From Deltaproteobacteria bacterium (GTDB taxonomy: Bacteria; Myxococcota_A; UBA9160; UBA4427), in the NCBI GenBank assembly GCA_029261835.1, contig JAJDAO010000026.1, positions 260,666 through 324,665 of the forward strand: a stretch of 64,000 nt of DNA, in the 5' to 3' direction. Positions 54,636 to 63,287 of the stretch are shown one piece after another (the stretch's first letter is position 1; every line of letters starts with the position of its first letter). The notes below the pieces were generated by a model that saw only the letters and a list, made by a program, of their open reading frames with translations, was not told the origin of the DNA and ran no database searches. The position numbers and the translations under genes were made by a program.

Positions 54636-55244
54636 GTGCGCATCTTGACCGCGAGCATACTTGGTGTCGTGACCGCCTTTGGGCTCTTCTGGGTGATGCA
54701 GGCCCTCGTCGGCGTGAGCGGCGAGCTCAAGGAAGCGGGCAAGCGGCTCTCGATCGAATTCGTGAGGCTCAGGCCGGACACCACACCCGAGCCGAAGAAG
54801 AGGGAGCCGCCCAAGCGCGCGAAGCCGGAGCAGCAGCCCGCCCCCCCACCGATGAACCTCGCGAAGAACATGAACCCCTCGGAGGCGGTGAGCGCAATCG
54901 TCCCGATGGTGGATAGCGAAGTCGAGCTGGAAGAGGCGACGAGCCTGGGTGCCGGAGGCACTGATCGCGACGTCGCGGCGCTCGTGGAAGTCGATCCGGA
55001 GTACCCCGAACGTGCTAAGAGACGCGGCATCGAGGGATGGGTGGACCTCGAGTACACCGTGACCGCGCTGGGTACGGTTCAGAACGCGAGAGTGATTGGC
55101 TCGAAGCCGCCCTATATCTTCGATCGAGCCGCACTGCGGGCGATCGTCAAGTGGAAGTACAAGCCCAAGATCCAGAACGGTGTCGCGGTAGCGAGGCCGG
55201 GCAAGCAGATACGCCTGCACTTTGACCCCGGGAAGGGCAGATGA
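54636..55244 (+). CDS. tonB: TonB-family energy transducer
   Basis: It has an N-terminal TM and a Pro/Lys/Glu-rich spacer (PEPKKREPPKRAKPEQQPAPPP). The C-terminal TonB domain reads PEYPERAKRRGIEGWVDLEYTV...G.V.NARV...FDRAALRAIVKWKYKP. Confidence 0.85.
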   Translation: MRILTASILGVVTAFGLFWVMQALVGVSGELKEAGKRLSIEFVRLRPDTTPEPKKREPPKRAKPEQQPAPPPMNLAKNMNPSEAVSAIVPMVDSEVELEEATSLGAGGTDRDVAALVEVDPEYPERAKRRGIEGWVDLEYTVTALGTVQNARVIGSKPPYIFDRAALRAIVKWKYKPKIQNGVAVARPGKQIRLHFDPGKGR

Positions 55245-56518
55245 TGCGAGCGCAACCGATGTGGCTCCCACTGCTCTTCCTGCTGGCCGGCCTGTCCCTG
55301 CCCGCGAGCGGGTGGGCGGAAGATGCCGCAGGCCAGAAGACGATCGACCTCGAAAAGCTGCGCATACAGCGTAAGGCTCGACTCGGCCGCTACCCGGTCG
55401 CGCCCCGCATTACGCGGTATCTCGCCTCCGCGACAGAGACCGCGGACGAGGGAGATCCCGAGAGTGCCCGGGCCCTGCTCGACAAGCTGAATCCGAAGCG
55501 GCTCAACCCCCACGAGCGCGCGGTCGTTTTTCGAAGCACGGCCTACATCGCCTACGCGGCGGGAGACTTCGAAGATGCCGTCGAGCACTTCGAGAAGGTC
55601 CTCGGCGAGGAGATCCTCCTCCCCGATGTCGAGGACATGCTTCGATTCAGCGTCGCCCAGCTGCACATCGCCCAGCAGCAGTGGCGGGAGGCCATCGCTG
55701 CTGTGGAACGCTGGCTTCTCTATGCCAAGCAGCCGAAGCCACTCGCCTACTACCTGATGGCGATCTCCTACTATCAGCTCGACGAGATCGACCAATCCGT
55801 CGTCTATGCGGAGAAGGCGGTCGACTTCGCCCCGGACCCGAAGGAGAGCTGGCTGGTGCTCCTCGCAGCCAACTACGTGCGCCAGGAAGACTTTGCGAAA
55901 GCAGTGCCGGTGCTCGAGGAAATGGTGACGCGCTTCGCGAAGAAACAGTATTGGGTGCAGCTGTCGCTGATCTACGGCACTCGGGACAACTTCCGGCATT
56001 CGCTCGCCGTGCAGCAGGTCGCCTATCAGCAGGGGCTGCTGACCCAGGACAGCGAGCTGCGTCGGCTGGCGCGTTCGTACCTCTATCACGACCTGCCCCA
56101 CCCCGCCGCACAGCTCTTGGAGAAGGGGCTGGAGGAGGGGGTGATCGAGCCCGACGCGAAGGCGCTCGAGCTGCTGGCCAATAGCTGGCTTGCCGCGCGC
56201 GAGTCCGATCGGGCCTTCGGCCCGTTGCAGAAAGCGGCCGAGTTGTCGGATGATGGCGACCTATACGTTCGCCTCGGGCGGGTAAACATGCAGCGTGAGC
56301 AGTGGGGCGAGGCGGTGAAGCTCTTCACGAAGGCCATCGACAAGGGCGACCTCAAGAAGCCCGGCAGCGTGCGGCTGCTGCTCGGCATCTCCTACTACAA
56401 CGACCAGAAGACCGAGCGTGCGCGCTCTGCGTTCCTGCGCGCCCGGGAATACGAAAACACTCGCGAACGGGCAGAGCAGTGGATCACACACATCGCGAAG
56501 GAGGCCAGCGAGGGATGA
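55241..56518 (+). CDS. TPR-repeat periplasmic protein (TtpD-like)
   Basis: A signal peptide is followed by TPR-like repeats. It overlaps the tonB stop (ATGA). Confidence 0.7.
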   Translation: MMRAQPMWLPLLFLLAGLSLPASGWAEDAAGQKTIDLEKLRIQRKARLGRYPVAPRITRYLASATETADEGDPESARALLDKLNPKRLNPHERAVVFRSTAYIAYAAGDFEDAVEHFEKVLGEEILLPDVEDMLRFSVAQLHIAQQQWREAIAAVERWLLYAKQPKPLAYYLMAISYYQLDEIDQSVVYAEKAVDFAPDPKESWLVLLAANYVRQEDFAKAVPVLEEMVTRFAKKQYWVQLSLIYGTRDNFRHSLAVQQVAYQQGLLTQDSELRRLARSYLYHDLPHPAAQLLEKGLEEGVIEPDAKALELLANSWLAARESDRAFGPLQKAAELSDDGDLYVRLGRVNMQREQWGEAVKLFTKAIDKGDLKKPGSVRLLLGISYYNDQKTERARSAFLRAREYENTRERAEQWITHIAKEASEG

Positions 56519-56644
56519 TTTCCGAGCTGCTTTCCGAGCTGCGTTGTTGCGACTCGAGCAGGCGAGAGCGGTCGCTGCGAACCCCGTCTGTCTGTCTCGA
56601 GAGTGCCGATATTCGTTTTGAGCCGGTGGGCCGGGGAGAAGAGC

Positions 56645-57043
56645 ATGCGACGAAGACGTGAACTGGACCAGAGTGAGGTCAACCTGACACCGATGCTCGA
56701 CGTCGTCTTCATCATGTTGATCTTCTTCATCGTCACGGCCTCGTTCGTGAAGGAGGCCGGCATCGACATCAGCCGCCCGCCCGCGGCTACCGCGGAGCGC
56801 AAGGAGCGCGGCAACATCCTGGTGGCCATCACCGAGAACAACCAGATCTGGATCGACCGGCGCCAGGTGGCCCTGAAGGCTCTGCGGGCCAACATCGAGC
56901 GGCTTCACGCCGAGAACCCTCAGGGCTCGCTGGTCATCCAGGCCGACGAGAAATCGCAGAATGGCCTGCTGGTCCGGGTGATGGACGCCGCCAGACTGGC
57001 GGGTGTCAGCAATGTCGCCCTCGCGGCGGAAGTCGTTCAGTAG
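56645..57043 (+). CDS. exbD: ExbD/TolR-family biopolymer transport protein
   Basis: It reads EVNLTPMLDVVFIMLIFFIV and, later, LVIQADEKSQNGLLVRVMDAARLAG, in a product of about 132 aa. Confidence 0.9.
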   Translation: MRRRRELDQSEVNLTPMLDVVFIMLIFFIVTASFVKEAGIDISRPPAATAERKERGNILVAITENNQIWIDRRQVALKALRANIERLHAENPQGSLVIQADEKSQNGLLVRVMDAARLAGVSNVALAAEVVQ

Positions 57044-57157
57044 CGGCAAGCAAGAGAGCCGTCTGCTCGGCTCGCGGGACGTCATCGCACCAGTACGGCC
57101 TGTCGGTTGCCGCGCGCCGCCCGTCACATATCGACGGGCGAGAACGCATGCCCGTTC

Positions 57158-57457
57158 TCAGAAGTCCCCGAGACCCCGCTGCAGGACGCTCTCCGCCGGA
57201 CTCGTGACGAAGTGATTCCAAGCCTGCTCGACGGCCCGCCTGCCGTTGGGCGCGGTCAGCAGCGTCGCGGGCAGGAAGAGCCCCGCTCCGACTGCCAACG
57301 CCGCCAGCCCGCAGGGGCGCAGGATCACGACATCGAAGCTCGCGGCGGCGATGTCCACGATGCGTGAATTGGCCTGAGACGGGCCCGCGAGCAGCAGGAA
57401 GCTCGCCACAAGCGTCATGATTGCTGCGCTGCCGCTGGTTCTGACTCGCTTTCGCAT
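57158..57457 (-). CDS. small exported hypothetical protein
   Basis: It has a signal-like N-terminus (AAIMTLVASFLLLAGPSQA) and a second hydrophobic segment. No clear RBS is visible. The upstream 186 codons of the track ORF look non-coding. Confidence 0.35.
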   Translation of the reverse strand: MRKRVRTSGSAAIMTLVASFLLLAGPSQANSRIVDIAAASFDVVILRPCGLAALAVGAGLFLPATLLTAPNGRRAVEQAWNHFVTSPAESVLQRGLGDF

Positions 57458-57576
57458 GCGGCGTAGGTTACCACGCTCGTGTCCCGTGTGGCTCGAGAAA
57501 TGGCTCGCTGCGGCGACCTTCACGCCGCTCGCTGGCTGACCCGTGGCATCTCTGGCAACGCGGGGTGGGCACCTTC

Positions 57577-59256
57577 TCACGGCTGAATGCGGTAGACGTG
57601 GATCGAGCCCCCGATCGAAGCCACGGGCGCACCCAATCCCTTCGTCATCACCGGGCCCACGGAGCGCAGCTGTCCATGATCCACCATCGGGTAGTCCATG
57701 TGGTAGAGCGAGACACTGACGGCCAGTAGCCCCGGCTTGAGCGAGCGGCCAGGCACCTCGTAATCGATTCCGTAGAGAGCGGGATCGACGCTTCCGAAGT
57801 ACAAGAGCTGAATCTCCTCGGCCCCCTCCCTCTCGAGGTAGCTCGCGAGCTGAGGCAGATCCTGGCCGATATCGATGTTCGCGTCGGAGGCGTGGCGGTA
57901 GCCCTGCTCGCTTCCGCCGAAGAAGACGTTCACGTACGAGAGATAGTCCGGATGGCTCGACACCGATACGGCAAGTATCCAGGCGAGCGCCACGCCCGCC
58001 ACGGCGAGGGGCCATCGCCGTGTGCCAGCGCGCGCGATCGTCGCCACGACCCAGAGCTGCACGAGCGGGACTGCGGAGAGCAGCGCTCGCGCTCCGAGCT
58101 GACGCTTCTCACTGAGGGAAAGCAGTGTGAAGAGCAGCACGGGATACACGAGCAGCAGCAGCAGCTCGCGTCTCGGCAGACGCGAACCCGCAGTTGAAAC
58201 ACTCAGCGCCAGTGCGAGGCCGAAGGTGACGAAGAAGGCGAGCGGGGTCTTGAGCGCGAGCACCGCGAGGAAGTAGTACCAGCGCCCACCCTGGAAGCGC
58301 TCACCGAAGAGAAACGACGGGATGGCCGAATCGATTTCGACGAGCTGCGCGTCGAAGGCGCGCAGGTAGGCGCCCGGCAGCGGAATCGGCAGCTCACCGA
58401 ACGCCGACGCTTGCCATGGCTGGAGACCGGCGCTCTGCAGCGAGAGCTCCGAGAGGCTCATCCCGAACTCCTGCCACGCATAGCCGCTGTTCAGCACGAA
58501 CAGGCTGAGCCCCGCTGCGGCCCCGTAGCAGCCCAAGAGGTACGCGAGGCGCGGCCGTGGTTCTGGCGAGAGACGCCGCCAGCCGACCACGATCAGCAGC
58601 AACGCCGGGTAGAGCAGGATCGCGTAGAACTTCGTCAGCTGAGCCAGCCCGAGCGTCAGACCGCATAGAAGGACGCTTCCGAGTGTCGGTCGCAGCAACA
58701 TTGCTCGGCAGAACCAGAGCGCCAGTGCGACGAAGACGGCCGTGCCGGTATCCGTTCCCACCAGGCGTGCGTGAGCGAGAACATTGGGAGAAAGGCAGAC
58801 GAAGCCCGCTGCCAACAGCCCCGCTGCTTCGGGCGCTTCGGGTGCGAGCTGCCGCCCCCACAAGAAGAGCAAGGCGCCCAGGCCGGCCACCAGCAGAATG
58901 GGAACGACGCGAGCGATGGCGTAGACGCGAAGGTAGTCGGCCTCGTGCTGCTCGAGAAAACGATATCCGATGGACCAGAACGAGAAGGGATCAGGGGAGG
59001 GGGGCGGCGCGACCGGCTCCCGTTCCAGCTCGAGGAAGAGCAGGGGCACGGCCGAGAGCACGTTGACGAGCGGCGGGTTGAGAGAGCTGTAGCGCGAATC
59101 GCCCGTTTGCAGATAGTGGAAGCCGGATGGCAGGTGACCCAGCTCGTCAACGGTGACCGATTTCTTGCTGGCACTCGACAGCCCGAGTGACAGATACAGG
59201 AGCAGCAGCAATGCGAGGCCCCAGACACCCATCGCCGAGCCCGGTCTCCACCTCAT
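57577..59256 (-). CDS. glycosyltransferase family 39 / ArnT-PMT_2-like membrane protein
   Basis: It is polytopic, with a first-loop acidic motif (SVTVDELGHLPSG) and a soluble C-terminal beta-rich domain. An ATGA overlap links it to the upstream gene. Confidence 0.7.
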   Translation of the reverse strand: MRWRPGSAMGVWGLALLLLLYLSLGLSSASKKSVTVDELGHLPSGFHYLQTGDSRYSSLNPPLVNVLSAVPLLFLELEREPVAPPPSPDPFSFWSIGYRFLEQHEADYLRVYAIARVVPILLVAGLGALLFLWGRQLAPEAPEAAGLLAAGFVCLSPNVLAHARLVGTDTGTAVFVALALWFCRAMLLRPTLGSVLLCGLTLGLAQLTKFYAILLYPALLLIVVGWRRLSPEPRPRLAYLLGCYGAAAGLSLFVLNSGYAWQEFGMSLSELSLQSAGLQPWQASAFGELPIPLPGAYLRAFDAQLVEIDSAIPSFLFGERFQGGRWYYFLAVLALKTPLAFFVTFGLALALSVSTAGSRLPRRELLLLLVYPVLLFTLLSLSEKRQLGARALLSAVPLVQLWVVATIARAGTRRWPLAVAGVALAWILAVSVSSHPDYLSYVNVFFGGSEQGYRHASDANIDIGQDLPQLASYLEREGAEEIQLLYFGSVDPALYGIDYEVPGRSLKPGLLAVSVSLYHMDYPMVDHGQLRSVGPVMTKGLGAPVASIGGSIHVYRIQP

Positions 59257-61070
59257 TCTCGTCTTGCCTGCAGGCGCCGCAGGTTCTCGCGCGCCTCCTC
59301 GAAGGCGGGGTCGATCGAGAGCGCCCTCTCGAAGCTGCCGATCGCGTCATCCGGTTTGCTCAGCTCGAGGTAGACCAGGCCGAGCTCGTTGTAGATGTCC
59401 GCGCGGCCCGCGTCGATGCGCAGGCCCGCCAGGTAGCTCACCACGGCGCCCTCGAGGTCACCGGATTCGAAGCGCGCCGTGGCCGAGTTGAAGTGCGGCT
59501 GTGCGTAGTGGGGATCGATCCGGACTGACTCCTCGAAGAGCTCCATCGCGCGTGCGAGATCCCCCTGGCGCGCATGAAGGGCGCCGAGGTTGTTGGTCGC
59601 TCTCGCGTTGTCGGCACGCAGCCGAATCGCCTCGCGATACTGCCCCATCCCCTCTTCGATCCGTCCCGCCGCTACGAGCTCGTTGCCCACGTTGTAGTGC
59701 GTCACGGAGCGCATGAAGTCCCGATCGAGCACAGGCCAGTTGCAGAAGAGGGCGGCGGCCGCCACCGCGATGGTGGCGTAGGCGATCTCCCCCTCCGCCC
59801 TCGCTCGCAGGAATCCGCGAGACTGAACGAGGCCCGCCGCTGCGAATAGCAGCAAGAAGGGCACCATCGGCAGCCGGTAGCGCCAGAATACATAGAAGAG
59901 CAAGACGGTGGCGGTGTAGGTCAGAAAGAGAATGTAGAGGGGCAGTAGCCGCGCTCTCGCCGGCCACGTGATCCAGACCCCCAGCACCGCCAGTGGGGCC
60001 AGCAGCCCGAAATGAAACAGCCAGCCCGCCGCGCGCAGTGGGAGGGATGATTCCGCGTGCGTGTATTGATCTTCGGTGTCGACCATCTCGACCGCGTTGA
60101 AGGCCAGCACGAACTTCCGGGCCATCAGCTCGATCCAGTCACCCGGCTGCGACTGGATGTACTGCAGTGCGAGACCCGTGTAATAGCCTGAGATCTGCGC
60201 CGGTGTCAGCGATTGCCCCAGAGCTTGCTGCGCCAGCTCGATGGCGTCGCTCCGCTCGATCAGAGGCTCGCCCCTCCCGAGGAGCAATGGCGCGTAGGAG
60301 CCGTCGGCGGCCGGATTGTTGCCGATGTAGAAGTTGTGGCCGAATTGAGAGGTCGTCAGGTGGAATTCTCCAGCGACGTACGCGTTGCGCAGCGCGACGG
60401 GGAGCAGCACGAGCGCGGCGCCACAGAGAAACGAAGCGGCGAGCGCCACTCGGCGTCTTCGAGAGAAGGGAGGCTTGAGGAGCAACCACGGAAGAAGCAC
60501 GATCACGAACGCGAGGGCGTTCTCGCGTGACAGAACGAGTGCGCCGATCACCACCCCGAGCCCCAGGCACTGAAGGGGCCTGGCAAGCAAATCGGGTGCA
60601 CTCAGTATCCACAGCGCGAGGCAGATGAAGAAGATGTCCAGTACGGACTTCTGAACCATCGCGTCAGAGAAGAGAGCCGGCGCATACACGGCGAGCAGCA
60701 ATCCCGCCACGATCCCAGCCGGCTTCGAGAAGAAGCCCCAGCCGGCGCGGGCGAGAAAGACGCATGAGCAGGCGCCGAGTATGATCTGAACGATCCGAAC
60801 GACGAGCAGCTCATCGCCCAGCAGGGCGTAGATGGTTGCCAGGAAATACGGATACAGGGGGGCCTGGTAGAAGACCTCGCTCCCGAGCCAATCACCCCCC
60901 GCGATCTGCCTGGCCCACAAGTGGTAGACCCGCGAGTCGCCCATTCTCATGTCGAAGAGAACGGAATCCGTCAGCCGCCACAGGTGCAAACCGCGCACCG
61001 TCAGTGCGAAAGCGAAGATCAGCAGGGACCACCGCGTCTTATCGCGCTGCGCGGCCGAAGCTACGGGCAA
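59253..61070 (-). CDS. GT39/PMT_2-like membrane protein fused to C-terminal TPR repeats
   Basis: The N-terminal 430 aa are polytopic (FDMRMGDSRVYHLWARQIAGGDW...). The C-terminus carries clear TPR units (AIRLRADNARATNNLGALHARQGDLARAMELFEESVRIDPHYAQPHFN...). Confidence 0.7.
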   Translation of the reverse strand: MPVASAAQRDKTRWSLLIFAFALTVRGLHLWRLTDSVLFDMRMGDSRVYHLWARQIAGGDWLGSEVFYQAPLYPYFLATIYALLGDELLVVRIVQIILGACSCVFLARAGWGFFSKPAGIVAGLLLAVYAPALFSDAMVQKSVLDIFFICLALWILSAPDLLARPLQCLGLGVVIGALVLSRENALAFVIVLLPWLLLKPPFSRRRRVALAASFLCGAALVLLPVALRNAYVAGEFHLTTSQFGHNFYIGNNPAADGSYAPLLLGRGEPLIERSDAIELAQQALGQSLTPAQISGYYTGLALQYIQSQPGDWIELMARKFVLAFNAVEMVDTEDQYTHAESSLPLRAAGWLFHFGLLAPLAVLGVWITWPARARLLPLYILFLTYTATVLLFYVFWRYRLPMVPFLLLFAAAGLVQSRGFLRARAEGEIAYATIAVAAAALFCNWPVLDRDFMRSVTHYNVGNELVAAGRIEEGMGQYREAIRLRADNARATNNLGALHARQGDLARAMELFEESVRIDPHYAQPHFNSATARFESGDLEGAVVSYLAGLRIDAGRADIYNELGLVYLELSKPDDAIGSFERALSIDPAFEEARENLRRLQARRE

Positions 61071-61267
61071 GCCAACTCCTCGCTCTGCACTCGAACGGGC
61101 GCTTTGCAGCGAGCGCTCACGCCCGCTCGGTCCCCCATATCATCCCGGATATCCAGCCCCAGCACACCACACGGGCGGTCATCCGCCGCGAGCTCGGCCG
61201 ACGCATGTGACTCTCGGCAAGCTGATCAGGACGGCTCGAATCCCTCCGGCCGCGCCCGGGTTGCCGG

Positions 61268-62455
61268 TCAGACCTCTTCCAGCGCCTGATCCATATCGGC
61301 GATCAGGTCGTCGGCGGTCTCGATGCCGCAGGCCAAGCGCACCAGCGAGTCCGTGATGCCGTAGCTGCGGCGCTCCTCGGGCGGGTAGTCCCAGAACGAC
61401 ATCGTCACCGGTAGCTCGATCAGGCTCTCGACGCCGCCCAGGCTGGGGGCCTGGTACGGAATTCGCGTGGCATCCACGAAGCGTATGGCACCCGCTAGAT
61501 CCGTATCGATCTCGAAGGTCACCACACCGCCAAAGCCGTGCAGAGAGCGGATGGCGACCTCGTAGTCGGGGTGGCTCTCGAGACCGGGGTACCAGACCCG
61601 CCGTATCTTCGGGTGCGTTTCGAGGAACTCGGCCAGCGCGAGGCCGTTGCTATTGTGCCGCTCCATGCGGATCGCGAGTGTCTTGAGACCGCGTAGCAGG
61701 AGCCAAGCGGCATGGCTGTCGATGATGCCGCCCAGCACGCCCAGAGTCTTGCGAATCGGTTCCACCTGATCGCGCGCGCCCGTGATGGTTCCGGCGAGCA
61801 GATCGTTGTGGCCTCCGAGGTACTTGGTGGCGCTGTGGATCACCAGGTCGGCCCCCTCATCGAGTGCTCGGTGGTTGACCGGTGTGGCGAACGTCGAGTC
61901 GATGATGACTTTGACATCGCGCTCGTGCGCAACCCGCACGAAGGCCGGCACGTCCGTGACGCGCAGGTATGGGTTGGTGGGCGATTCCGTGAAGAACAGC
62001 ACGGTGTCATCGCGGATGGCCCGCTCGAAGCCGTCGAGGTCGCCCGGCTCGATCACCGTGGTCTTCACACCCGTGCGCCCGAGGTATTCCTTGATGAACT
62101 GGCGCGTGCGGCGGTAGCAGTCAGCGGTGACGATCAGGTGGCTGTTCTGCGGCAGCATGGAGAAGAAGGTGGTGGTCGCGGCGCACATGCCCGAGGCGAA
62201 TAGGACGGTCTCCTCACCACCCTCCAGCTCGCTGAGCTTGCGCTCGACTGCCCGCCAGGTCGGGTTGCCGTAGCGGCCGTACTCCTCGCGGTCGGTCTTG
62301 CCCTCCTGGTAGTCGATCACCTCCTGCGAGTTCTTGAACCAGAACGTGGAGGTCTGGTAGACGGGCGTGGTGATGGCGTTGGCTTCCTGTTGACGGAGCT
62401 CCCCGGCATGCACCGAGCGAGTTGCCGCTCCCCGCTCCGAAAGGCGTTTAGACAT
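61268..62455 (-). CDS. Cys/Met-metabolism PLP-dependent enzyme (cystathionine gamma-synthase / beta-lyase family)
   Basis: The PLP-lysine motif SATKYLGGHNDLLAG is present, along with ESLGGVESL-like GGVESLIE. It has family-typical length (395 aa). Exact specificity cannot be called from sequence alone. Confidence 0.88.
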   Translation of the reverse strand: MSKRLSERGAATRSVHAGELRQQEANAITTPVYQTSTFWFKNSQEVIDYQEGKTDREEYGRYGNPTWRAVERKLSELEGGEETVLFASGMCAATTTFFSMLPQNSHLIVTADCYRRTRQFIKEYLGRTGVKTTVIEPGDLDGFERAIRDDTVLFFTESPTNPYLRVTDVPAFVRVAHERDVKVIIDSTFATPVNHRALDEGADLVIHSATKYLGGHNDLLAGTITGARDQVEPIRKTLGVLGGIIDSHAAWLLLRGLKTLAIRMERHNSNGLALAEFLETHPKIRRVWYPGLESHPDYEVAIRSLHGFGGVVTFEIDTDLAGAIRFVDATRIPYQAPSLGGVESLIELPVTMSFWDYPPEERRSYGITDSLVRLACGIETADDLIADMDQALEEV

Positions 62456-62651
62456 AGCTCTCTCTCGTTGCGCACTGATGGTGGCGACTTAGCAGATCGG
62501 GCGAACTCGCCCCGAGGTGGGGGGGCTCGAGGGCCTGCAAGTGCCTGAAATCGTCCCTTTTGTCTACGAACCCGAAACACCAATGTAGCCCGATTTTCGC
62601 GCCGCGTCGTCACCTCGTGCGTGGCGGGCGGGGAATTCGGGCTACTTTCGA

Positions 62652-63287
62652 TTGATGGGGCACTCTCAATCCGCAGGACCCAGGCGCGGCGGACGGACGG
62701 ATGAGGGCGTGTATCGGGTCCTGGTCTTCTGCGCCTCGAGTCGTCGCTGCGATGACAGCTATCACGCACTCGCTCGGGAGCTCGGTACGCGCCTCGCGAA
62801 GGCGGGCATGCGGATCGTCTACGGCGGAGGTGGCGTCGGCTCAATGGGCGCTCTGGCCGACGGCGCCCTCGCGGCCGGCGGCGAGGTGGTGGGCATTCAG
62901 CCACGCTTCATGTACGAGCTCGAGTGGACACACCGCGGTCTGACAGAGCTCCACACGGTGGCGGACATGCAGGAGAGAAAGCGTCTGATGCTGGCGAGCT
63001 GCGACGCGGTGGTGGCCCTGCCCGGCGGCTCGGGCACGTTCGAAGAGCTCTTCGAGGTGCTGACCGCCAAGCGTCTCGGACTCTTCTGCGGTCCCATCGT
63101 ACTCGTCAATCAACACGCCTTCTTCGACCTCTGTGTCGGGCTGCTCGATCGCTGCATCGAGGAGGGCTTCATGGACGCGAGACACCGTGACATGTGGCAG
63201 GTCGTCGAGTGTGTCGAGGATGTGATCCGCGCGATCGATGAAGCCCCCGGCTGGTCGCCGCAGGCCCGTCGGTTCGCCGCGCTGTGA
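62652..63287 (+). CDS. LOG-family (TIGR00730) nucleotide 5'-monophosphate nucleosidase / lysine-decarboxylase-like protein
   Basis: It carries VYGGGGVGSMGALADGA and PGGSGTFEELFEVLT, the LOG signature PGGxGTxEE. The true start may lie later than 62652. Confidence 0.85.
   Translation: MMGHSQSAGPRRGGRTDEGVYRVLVFCASSRRCDDSYHALARELGTRLAKAGMRIVYGGGGVGSMGALADGALAAGGEVVGIQPRFMYELEWTHRGLTELHTVADMQERKRLMLASCDAVVALPGGSGTFEELFEVLTAKRLGLFCGPIVLVNQHAFFDLCVGLLDRCIEEGFMDARHRDMWQVVECVEDVIRAIDEAPGWSPQARRFAAL

Noticed and set aside
53913-56101. 452-aa and 329-aa minus-strand ORFs antisense to the exbB-tonB-TPR region
   Set aside because: They show no family features, and the plus-strand operon is coherent and translationally coupled.
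57118-57159. Two adjacent hairpins (CGCCCGTC...GACGGGCG and GAGAACG...CGTTCTC) between exbD and the convergent small ORF as bidirectional terminators
   Set aside because: The stems are short, there is no U-tract on either strand, and the second overlaps the stop codon of a low-confidence ORF. I noted it but did not list it as a feature.
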